Assembly (NCBI GenBank): GCA_965221775.1
Contig: CBDCSU010000006.1
Coordinates: forward strand, 1,376,001-1,440,000
DNA length: 64,000 nucleotides
Source of the DNA: Candidatus Latescibacterota bacterium
GTDB taxonomy: Bacteria; Latescibacterota; UBA2968; UBA8231
Direction: 5' to 3'
Position 1 is the stretch's first letter; each line of letters opens with the position of its first letter. The notes beneath the pieces were generated by a model, which saw nothing but the letters and a program-made list of their open reading frames with translations, did no database searches and was not told where the DNA came from. The position numbers were made by a program, and so were the translations under genes. Below, piece after piece: positions 19,114 through 26,815 of the stretch.

Positions 19114-20298
19114 TCAGCCGGCGCCCCCGGCCGAGGAGAGCACCCGCAGGACGTTCTCCCCCAGGATGCGGGCGGCGTCCCTCCCGGAGTAGCCGTGGGC
19201 GAGCAGGTCCGCGGTGTACTCCTTCCACTGGGGCACGCTCTGGGCGTGGCTCGCCAGGCCGACGTGATCGACCCCGGCCACGTCGACCAGGTGGTCGATG
19301 GTGTCCAGGTCGAGCTTGGTGCCCCAGACCTCGGCGTCGGCCAGCTTGGCGCGGGCCCGCTCGAAGGGGTCGGCGTAGCGGCGGTGCAGATCGTCGTCGC
19401 GGCGCCGCCGAGCCTGGTGGCGTTCGAGAGGGGTCCTCGACGCCGGCGCCAGGGCGCAGACCACGCCTCCCCCCTCCGCCACCCCCCGCAGCAGTTCGTC
19501 CGGCATGTCGCGCAGACTCCCGCTCAGGGCCCGGGCCTTGGTGTGGGTGGCCAGCATCGGCCGGGTGGCCGCGGTCAGGACTCCCCGGCAGGTGTAGTCG
19601 GAGCAGTGGGCCAGGTCGACGATGACGCCCAGCTCCTCGCAGGCGCCGATCACCTCGCGGCCGAAGGCGGTCAGGCCGGGGGGGTCGTTGAGCTCGGCGC
19701 TGGAGTCGGCCCAGGAGGTGGCGCTCAGGTGGCTGGGGCACAGGACCCGCACGCCCCGGCGGTGGTACTCGCGCAGCACGTCCAGGCTGTCGGCGATGAA
19801 ACCGCTCACCAGCATGAGCACCATGGCGACGCGGCCGCCGGCGACGATCCTGGCGACGTCATCCCCCGAGCATGCGACCTCGATGTGGTCGGCGCAGGCC
19901 TCGGCGAATTGCCGGTGCTCGTCGAGGTTCATCAGCACCCGCTCGACGAGTTCCTCCCCCTCGAAGAACGGCTGCCACTGACGGGCGCCGCGGGCCGGCT
20001 CGGCCAGCGGATCGAGGAGCGGCGCCTCGGCCACGTAGCGCTCCTCCACCCCGAAGGCCTGGATCACCACGTCGATGCCCCCGCGCAGGATCTCCTCCAA
20101 GTCGACGGCCGCCGAGTAGGCGTCGACCACGGTGAGGCGCCGGTGCAACGGGTCGTGGGGACCGTGGTCGAAGCGGTCGTCGAGGACGTAGTTGGTCGTC
20201 GTGTCCAGCCGGCCGATCTTTCGGCCCAGGGGCAGGCCCAGGCGCGCGGCCTCCCGGCTGTCGACGTGGCGGGTGGCGATGTCGGGCCGGTCACTCAT
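19114..20298 (-). CDS. Membrane dipeptidase (peptidase M19)-like amidohydrolase, divergent
   Basis: GLTAFGREVI...GVIVDLAH, ATH, RDMPDELL and IDHLVDVAGVDHVGL...ILGENVLRV motifs; several metal ligands altered; alternative start 20319. Confidence 0.75.
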   Translation of the reverse strand: MSDRPDIATRHVDSREAARLGLPLGRKIGRLDTTTNYVLDDRFDHGPHDPLHRRLTVVDAYSAAVDLEEILRGGIDVVIQAFGVEERYVAEAPLLDPLAEPARGARQWQPFFEGEELVERVLMNLDEHRQFAEACADHIEVACSGDDVARIVAGGRVAMVLMLVSGFIADSLDVLREYHRRGVRVLCPSHLSATSWADSSAELNDPPGLTAFGREVIGACEELGVIVDLAHCSDYTCRGVLTAATRPMLATHTKARALSGSLRDMPDELLRGVAEGGGVVCALAPASRTPLERHQARRRRDDDLHRRYADPFERARAKLADAEVWGTKLDLDTIDHLVDVAGVDHVGLASHAQSVPQWKEYTADLLAHGYSGRDAARILGENVLRVLSSAGGAG

Positions 20299-20311
20299 GA
20301 GGAGAGGATCG

Positions 20312-21133
20312 ATGATCACCGATGGCTTGATGGCCGACTACGACCGTGAAGGATACGCAATCCTCGAGCAAGTCATTCCCCCGGAGTCGTTGAGCCGGGT
20401 GCAGGAGAGTTACGAGGAGACGATCGGGGCGGCCCTGGGCCTCGGCCTCGCCCCTCGGGACGAGACCACGGGGTTCCTCCAAGGCTACCGCTTCCAGAAC
20501 CCCCACCACCCCTCCCTGGCGCGGCGGCCTCTCATGGAGGCCCTCGGCGCTCCCGCCATCCTCGCCTTCGCGCGGCAGCTCTGCGGCGAGGAGGCGGCGA
20601 TGCACGGAGTCGCCGCCTTCGCCATGAACGAGGAGTTCGACTACCGGGGCTCATGGCACCGGGACTCCTACTTCGCCTGGGTCAAGGACTCGCCCACGGA
20701 GAGACGGCTGCGGGAGATCGAGAGGCTCCCGGCGACGCAGGTCCTGGTGGCCCTCGAGGACGACGCCTCCTTCTGGTACGTCCCCGGCTCCCACAACCGC
20801 GCCAACACCGCCGAGGAGGAGGAGGGCTACGACGAAGCGCTCTCCGGCTGGGACGCGGAGACGGTGCGCCCCGGCGCCCTGCAGGTCCGGCTCACGGCCG
20901 GCAGCGCCGCGCCCTTCGACGCACGGGGGATCCACCGCGGGCTGAAGGGTCCGGGCGCTCGCCGCCGTTCCCTCTTCATCGTCTACGGAAGCGCCGGGCT
21001 GGCCGCGGAATCGTCGGTGGTCAGCGACTGGGCACGGGATCCGGAGTACGCGGAAGCGGCCTATCTCGACTCGCTGCCGGTGCCGTTCCGCGAGTCGATG
21101 GAGCGGACCCTGGCGGCTGTCGGCGAAGCCTGA
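20312..21133 (+). CDS. Phytanoyl-CoA dioxygenase (PhyH) family Fe(II)/2OG enzyme
   Basis: YDREGYAIL, WHRD, VPGSH and IHRG...RR motifs. Confidence 0.8.
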   Translation: MITDGLMADYDREGYAILEQVIPPESLSRVQESYEETIGAALGLGLAPRDETTGFLQGYRFQNPHHPSLARRPLMEALGAPAILAFARQLCGEEAAMHGVAAFAMNEEFDYRGSWHRDSYFAWVKDSPTERRLREIERLPATQVLVALEDDASFWYVPGSHNRANTAEEEEGYDEALSGWDAETVRPGALQVRLTAGSAAPFDARGIHRGLKGPGARRRSLFIVYGSAGLAAESSVVSDWARDPEYAEAAYLDSLPVPFRESMERTLAAVGEA

Positions 21134-21192
21134 ACGCCCGACCTCCGCAGGCGCTCAGCCCGCTTTTTCCGCCCCCTCGCATGAACCCGCCG

Positions 21193-22293
21193 TCAGCGGT
21201 TCGGGAGCCCTTTCGTGTCACGAAGGCGGGCGCCGGCAAGTTTGGCAGACCTTAGATTCCTCGCGTCCCTCAGGTCGGCGCTTTCCAGGTTTGCGTCGAA
21301 CAACTTGGCCTCCAGCAGGTTCGCCCCTCGCAGGTCTGCGCCGGCCAAGTTTGCGTCGTAGAGGGAGGCACGGGACAGGTCCGCGCCTCGGAGGTCGGCA
21401 CCGGCTAGGTCTGCCTCTGCCAGATCCGCGCCCGCCAAGCTCGCGTCTCGCAGATTGGCATCTCTAAGGTCGGCACCGGACAAGTCCGCCCCGGCCAAGT
21501 TCGCGTCGACGAAGTCGGCTCGGGTCAGATCCGCACCTTCCAGGTCCGCCCCGGCCAGGTACACATCGGACAGGTCCGCATCGGCCAGGACGACGAACGG
21601 CAGCTTCGCCTTGTAGAGGGATGCACCGGACAGGTCCGCTCCCCGCAGATAGGCCCCTGCCAGATTCACGTGCTGTCCCTTCGTGCCCCGAAAGCTGGTA
21701 TACGTCGTGTCGGTCCCCGGAACGTCTGTTTCGACGAATGCGGAGTCTAGCGTCGTAAGATCCCCGCGTGCGATCCAGTTCACCTCTTCCAGGTTCGCAT
21801 TCTCAAGGATGGCACCTGCCAACTCAGTCCGGCGGAGATCCGCCCTGGCCAAGTCCGCGCCACGCAAGTCGGCCTTCGACAGGTTCGCGCCATAAAGCGC
21901 AGTGTCGACTAGCTTCGCGTCCCCCAGATCGGCTCCGGACGCCCGTAGAAGCCGCAGATCGGCCCCGGACAGGCTCACGCCGCGCAGATACGCCCCATCC
22001 AGATCCGCCACCACCAGTGGCCCTGCGGCACCGATGCCGAGTCCCAGATTGGGTAGGGCCAGCTCGCCTGCTGCGGCCAAGCTGTCGTACACCGTCCGCT
22101 GGCGGGCAATGTGGTTCCGCAAGGCCTCCTTGTCGGCCTCCGTCAACTCGCCACGCTGAACCTCGAAGTTCAGGCAGTACCACGTCGTGAAGTCGGGCGG
22201 ATCGGCCGCGGCTGGGCCGGAGACGCTCAAGACGACCGCCCACACCAGGGCTCGCCGTCGGACAACGGGCGAGACGAGGCCTTCTGGAATCAT
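21193..22293 (-). CDS. Pentapeptide repeat protein with predicted signal peptide
   Basis: Dozens of A(D/N)LxG repeats; N-terminal RRRALVWAVVLSVSGPAAA; start could be 22320. Confidence 0.9.
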   Translation of the reverse strand: MIPEGLVSPVVRRRALVWAVVLSVSGPAAADPPDFTTWYCLNFEVQRGELTEADKEALRNHIARQRTVYDSLAAAGELALPNLGLGIGAAGPLVVADLDGAYLRGVSLSGADLRLLRASGADLGDAKLVDTALYGANLSKADLRGADLARADLRRTELAGAILENANLEEVNWIARGDLTTLDSAFVETDVPGTDTTYTSFRGTKGQHVNLAGAYLRGADLSGASLYKAKLPFVVLADADLSDVYLAGADLEGADLTRADFVDANLAGADLSGADLRDANLRDASLAGADLAEADLAGADLRGADLSRASLYDANLAGADLRGANLLEAKLFDANLESADLRDARNLRSAKLAGARLRDTKGLPNR

Positions 22294-22453
22294 CTTTGGC
22301 TTGTCACATCTATGCCACACATAGCAAATCCAAGGGCATGAAGCGAGGATCTGTGGGAAGGCACTACTTCACTATGACTATGCTATGCCTCTCGCGGATG
22401 CTATCTGATCGTGACTGGCGCATCCAGAGCATGCCGAGTTCCTGAACGTTGCA

Positions 22454-23350
22454 TCAGTGCTTGGAGTCCTCTGACGCATTGAATGACTGCGGTAGAACCA
22501 TCGGTTCGGGAAATCCCACATTCCCGATCAGGAAGTCTGACACTCTCGAACCCTCCTCCTCGTGCTCCATACCCTGTATTGCTTCAACAAAACGATTGCA
22601 CACGAAGTTGTGGTACCCGGCCATCCACCGGTACTTCTCATTTACTCGTGGAGAGGAGAGTGTCTCTTGGAGAGCTTCTTCGAGAGCATCCTTGTGGTCT
22701 GATAGGAGCTCAAACCAAATCGGTCCATCAGGCCAAGCCGAGAACACAACAGGCAAGTAATCAAGAAACACCAAGCCGTCGTTGTCCATCAGCAAGTCTG
22801 TGTAGTGTGGGGTATCTTGGATGTCTCCACCATAGAATCGAAGCTGGCGTCCTAGGAGACGCATGACTGACGGAGCGAGGACGATGCGAGGTGGACTTCC
22901 AGGCTCCTCCATTCTCACAGCTTCGACCAAGGCATCCCCAAAGGCAAAATCACGGTCCATGTAGTGCATTCCCGCTGCGATTCCGCCTCGGACAGGAAAG
23001 CCCTTGCTGCTGAGCAGTGCCTGGTACATCTGCAGAACCCACAGCATTCCCGCAAATTCGGGCTCACCTGCATCATAGTCTGGTGTCCGCAACGCTTGCG
23101 AGACCACCACGTTGTCCGTGAAAGTGCGCACTTGATATGACGGCTCCTGCTTCCCGAAGACTCTCTTCAACACTTCCTTCCGCACCCATCTGTGGGCTTG
23201 CTTGAGAGTAGACTGTGCTTTTTGGAGAAACTCCTCCGCGGTTCCATCCCTGATGGCCTTGAGGCTTCGCTCGCTCCAGCCCAGGATGTCAGCATGGCAC
23301 ACGAAGGACTCACGTAGTAGTGGGCGATCACTCACCTCTCGCTCCATCAT
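22454..23350 (-). CDS. Hypothetical protein with class III nucleotidyl cyclase-like domain
   Basis: ADILG, FTDNVV, VRGGIAAG, FGDALVEA..E..PRI pattern; visibly AT-richer codons; start may be 23395. Confidence 0.55.
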   Translation of the reverse strand: MMEREVSDRPLLRESFVCHADILGWSERSLKAIRDGTAEEFLQKAQSTLKQAHRWVRKEVLKRVFGKQEPSYQVRTFTDNVVVSQALRTPDYDAGEPEFAGMLWVLQMYQALLSSKGFPVRGGIAAGMHYMDRDFAFGDALVEAVRMEEPGSPPRIVLAPSVMRLLGRQLRFYGGDIQDTPHYTDLLMDNDGLVFLDYLPVVFSAWPDGPIWFELLSDHKDALEEALQETLSSPRVNEKYRWMAGYHNFVCNRFVEAIQGMEHEEEGSRVSDFLIGNVGFPEPMVLPQSFNASEDSKH

Positions 23351-23407
23351 GGACTCAAGTGAAAATATCCAGCGGGGAATCAACCCCATTCCCATGTGCC
23401 GCTCAAC

Positions 23408-23944
23408 TCAGCCCGCCTTCCCACCTCCGCGCAGCACCGCCTCGTAGGCCACCAGGGCCGCGGCGACATGCACGTTCATCGACGGCCCCTTGCCGTACAT
23501 GGGCACGAAAACGGCGCCGTCGCACAGGCCCAGGGTCGCCGGGTACACGCCCTTCGACTCGTTGCCGAGAACGAGGCAGACCTTCTCCGTGTAGGGGTAG
23601 TCCAGGAAGCACCGCGCCCCCCGGGCCGTCTCCAGGGCGACCATGTGGTAGCCCTCCGCCCGCAGGACGCGCATCGCCTCCTGCGTGTCGGCGATGACCC
23701 TCCACGGGACCCGCCGGTCGTGGCCGCGGGAGGTGCGGTCGATCTCCTCGTCGGGGGGCGCCGGGGTCCGGCCCGCCAGCACCAGCTCCCGGGCGCCGAC
23801 GGCGTCGGCCACGCGGAACAGGGACCCCACGTTGCGCGGGTCCTCCATGCTCTGCAGCAGGAAGGCGAGATCCGCCTTCGGGGGGTAGTCGCGGGCGGCC
23901 CTCTCGAAGAGGCGGCGGATCTCGACCTTGCGCAGGGGCAGCAC
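23408..23944 (-). CDS. TrmH/SpoU family RNA 2'-O-methyltransferase
   Basis: DPRNVGSLFRVADA, LVLGNESKG and VPMYG..SMNV motifs; GGGAG RBS before GTG 23944 (ORF track start 24031). Confidence 0.85.
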   Translation of the reverse strand: MLPLRKVEIRRLFERAARDYPPKADLAFLLQSMEDPRNVGSLFRVADAVGARELVLAGRTPAPPDEEIDRTSRGHDRRVPWRVIADTQEAMRVLRAEGYHMVALETARGARCFLDYPYTEKVCLVLGNESKGVYPATLGLCDGAVFVPMYGKGPSMNVHVAAALVAYEAVLRGGGKAG

Positions 23945-24285
23945 GGCGGTCAGCTCCCTTCCCCGGCGGCCGGCTGGCGCCCTGCGGCGGCCGAGGACGA
24001 CCTCGTCCGGCCCGATGCCGCCGGGGTCCATCGGGCCCGGCCGGCATCGACGAGGAGATCGATGCCGCCTCCAGCGGACCGCGGCCAGGGGCAGGTCGAG
24101 GCGGCGCCGGTGCAGCCGCTCACCGCCGCCGCCGTCCCCGCGCCGAGGAGGGCGCCAACCAGCCGCCGGGGGACGCCCGCCGAGGACCGCTGTCCGTTCA
24201 TGGGTCCTGCCGAGGGAGGGGTTGGGAGAGGGACCGATTCCGCGGGCCTCCGGCCGGCGGACCGCAACCCGCCGGGGCGCCCCGT

Positions 24286-25005
24286 TCAGGCCCTGGGCAC
24301 CGTGCGCCGCACCCCGTTCTCGTAGACCACGTCGTACTCGCTCTCGGGGACGGGCAGGCTGCGGATGGCCAGCTCACCCTGGGTGATGAGCGGTTCCGAC
24401 TTGAGCAGCAGCTCGTCGAGGGACTCGGCGGGGCTGCGGCCGGTGGTGTCCAGCTCGATGAGCCGGTGCTTGTCGGTGAACAGGGAGGCGGCGACCTCGT
24501 CGGCGAAGCGCGCCTTCAGCTCGGCCACGTCCCCCGCCCGGATGACCTGGTACTCGTGCGGGTCCGACTCCATGCGCTCGGCGATGGCGTCGTCCGAGGC
24601 GGTCACGTGGATCAGGGCCACGTCGGGCAGCCGGGCTTCCAGCACCTGCACCTCGTAGAGACGGTGGTGCCCCTGCGCGTAGCGGGGGTAGTAGGTGTGC
24701 GCCGGATCTTCCCCGTAGAAGTCCGAGTAGATCCGCTCCTCGATATGCCAGCCGCCGATCATCACGTGATCGTAGTTCCTGATGACCTCGACGTGGTACT
24801 GGAGCTGCATGCGCTGCATGCGCTCCTTGACGTCGTCGGGGAAGTCGACGTAGCGGGCCCGCGACTGGGGACTGAGAGACGAGTCGGGAATGGTGAAGTG
24901 GTCGTCCACATGCACCCGCTGACTGCGCTGGCGGTAGTAGGCGGTGAGCAGGTCGATCAGGGTCGACTTGCCGGCGTACTCGACGCCGACGAAGACGCAA
25001 CGCAT
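24286..25005 (-). CDS. P-loop nucleoside/nucleotide kinase-like hypothetical protein
   Basis: MRCVFVGVEYAGKSTL Walker A at the N-terminus; LIHVTAS...ERM lid and LDTTG motifs. Confidence 0.6.
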   Translation of the reverse strand: MRCVFVGVEYAGKSTLIDLLTAYYRQRSQRVHVDDHFTIPDSSLSPQSRARYVDFPDDVKERMQRMQLQYHVEVIRNYDHVMIGGWHIEERIYSDFYGEDPAHTYYPRYAQGHHRLYEVQVLEARLPDVALIHVTASDDAIAERMESDPHEYQVIRAGDVAELKARFADEVAASLFTDKHRLIELDTTGRSPAESLDELLLKSEPLITQGELAIRSLPVPESEYDVVYENGVRRTVPRA

Positions 25006-25090
25006 TCGTTGTCCTTTCCGTCGGAGAAACCTCGAGGTTCGGTTCGGTATATTAGTCAGCCCCCTGACGGCCGGCCACCACGGACACGGA

Positions 25091-26128
25091 ATGACGCAGC
25101 CCTCCGCAACGCCCCCCAAGGTGGGCGTGCTGATCGCCCAGTTGGGCACCCCCGCCGCCCCCGAGGCGCGGGCCCTGAGACCCTACCTGCGCCAGTTCCT
25201 CAGCGACCGCCGGGTCATCGATCTGAGCCCCTGGAGGTGGTGGCCGATCCTCCACCTCTTCGTCCTCACCCGGCGCCCGGCGCGCTCGGCCCGGCTGTAC
25301 CGCCGCATCTGGACCGACGAGGGCTCGCCCCTGATGGTCCACTCCCGGGCCCAGGAGCGGGGCCTGCAGGAGAGGCTCGGCGGCGCCTACCGCGTCGTCC
25401 TGGGCATGCGCTACGGCGAGCCCGGCATCGACTCGGCCATGGCCGCCCTCGCCGGCGAGGGCATCGAGCGCATCGTCGTCCTGCCCATGTTCCCCCAGTT
25501 CTCCTGCTCGACCACGGGATCGATCTACGACGCCGTCACCCGCGCCGCCTTCGGCCGCCGCTGCACCTGGTTCTTCGACCGCCGCCGCCGCATGCCCAGC
25601 CTGCGCTTCGTGCCCCCCTACTACGGCCACCCGGCCTACATCGACAGCCTGCGCGCCATCCTCGAAGAGCAGGCGGGGCAGCTCGATACCCCGCCCGACC
25701 GCTGGCTGATCACCTTCCACGGCATCCCCCTGCGATACGTGGAGGAGGGGGATCCCTACCGCGACCAGTGCGAGGAGACGGCGCGGCTGCTGGCCGCCAG
25801 CCTCGGCCTTGAGCCGGAGCAGTGGGTGCTGGGCTTCCAGTCGCGCTTCGGCAAGGAGGAGTGGCTGCAGCCGTACACCGAGGACCTCCTCGGCGAGCTG
25901 CCTTCGCAAGGGGCCGGCAGCCTGCTGGCCGCCTGCCCGGGATTCACCGCCGACTGCCTGGAGACGCTCGACGAGATCGGCACCGAGGGAGGGGAGATCT
26001 TTCTGGCGGCGGGGGGGCGGTCCCTGCACCTGGCGCCGTGCCTCAACGATCACCCGCGCTGGCTCGACGCCATGGCCGAGATCGTCCGCGCCGAGGCCTC
26101 CGGCTGGGTGGACGGCGCGGAAGGCTGA
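25091..26128 (+). CDS. hemH: Ferrochelatase
   Basis: LGTP, YLRQFLSD.RV, GMRYGEP, LPMFPQFS, FHGIP, FQSRFG..EWLQP and GFTADCLETLDEI motifs. Confidence 0.95.
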   Translation: MTQPSATPPKVGVLIAQLGTPAAPEARALRPYLRQFLSDRRVIDLSPWRWWPILHLFVLTRRPARSARLYRRIWTDEGSPLMVHSRAQERGLQERLGGAYRVVLGMRYGEPGIDSAMAALAGEGIERIVVLPMFPQFSCSTTGSIYDAVTRAAFGRRCTWFFDRRRRMPSLRFVPPYYGHPAYIDSLRAILEEQAGQLDTPPDRWLITFHGIPLRYVEEGDPYRDQCEETARLLAASLGLEPEQWVLGFQSRFGKEEWLQPYTEDLLGELPSQGAGSLLAACPGFTADCLETLDEIGTEGGEIFLAAGGRSLHLAPCLNDHPRWLDAMAEIVRAEASGWVDGAEG

Positions 26129-26140
26129 GCGGGGCCGGGG

Positions 26141-26815
26141 TCAGCCCCCGGAAGCGGAGGCCTCCACGCGCTGGCCGATCCAGTCGATCAACTCCCGCAG
26201 GCAATCCTCGTCGATCTGGTGGGCCATGGGGTACTCGCGCCAGGTGAGGTCGACCTCCAGCTCCTCGAGCAGGCCGCGCGTGGACCGCGCGTCGGCGATG
26301 GGGATCAGCGGGTCCACGGTGCCGTGGGTATGCAGCACCGGCTTGCCCTTCACCGCGGCCCTCACGCCCGGGTCCCGCGGCATGCGCCGCCTCGACCACA
26401 GGCCGCTCAGAAAGGCGACACCGGAGACCGACCGGGGCCGCGCCAGCAGCAGCTCCAGCGCCATTGCGCCGCCCTGGCTGAAGCCGAGGACGATCGTCTC
26501 CCCGTGGCCCCCCTCGGCCTGCACCGCGTCGAGGTGGCGCCCCAGCCGCGCCAGGGAGCGCTCCGCCTCCTCGTAGTCCCCGGCCAGGCCCACCCCCGTG
26601 ATTTCGAGGGGGAACCAGGCGTAGCCGCCCATGTCCAGCGGGACCGGGGCGCGAAAGCTGAGCACCCGCAGCCGCGGATCGAGGAAGTCCGCCAGACCGA
26701 GCAGATCGGCCTCGTCGCTGCCGTAGCCGTGGAGCATCACCAGCAGGGGAGGCGGGCCGGAGCCCGCGATCCTCGGTTCCCGTACCGCCGTGTGCAGGGG
26801 GGCCGGCTCGCTCAT
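26141..26815 (-). CDS. Phospholipase/carboxylesterase
   Basis: LHGYGS, GFSQGG, HGTVDPLIP and MAHQI motifs; ATG 26815 overlaps the upstream stop. Confidence 0.9.
   Translation of the reverse strand: MSEPAPLHTAVREPRIAGSGPPPLLVMLHGYGSDEADLLGLADFLDPRLRVLSFRAPVPLDMGGYAWFPLEITGVGLAGDYEEAERSLARLGRHLDAVQAEGGHGETIVLGFSQGGAMALELLLARPRSVSGVAFLSGLWSRRRMPRDPGVRAAVKGKPVLHTHGTVDPLIPIADARSTRGLLEELEVDLTWREYPMAHQIDEDCLRELIDWIGQRVEASASGG

Noticed and set aside
21240-21700. 15-bp periodic repeats resembling a repeat array or CRISPR
   Set aside because: They are degenerate codon repeats of the pentapeptide protein, with no identical repeats and no unique spacers
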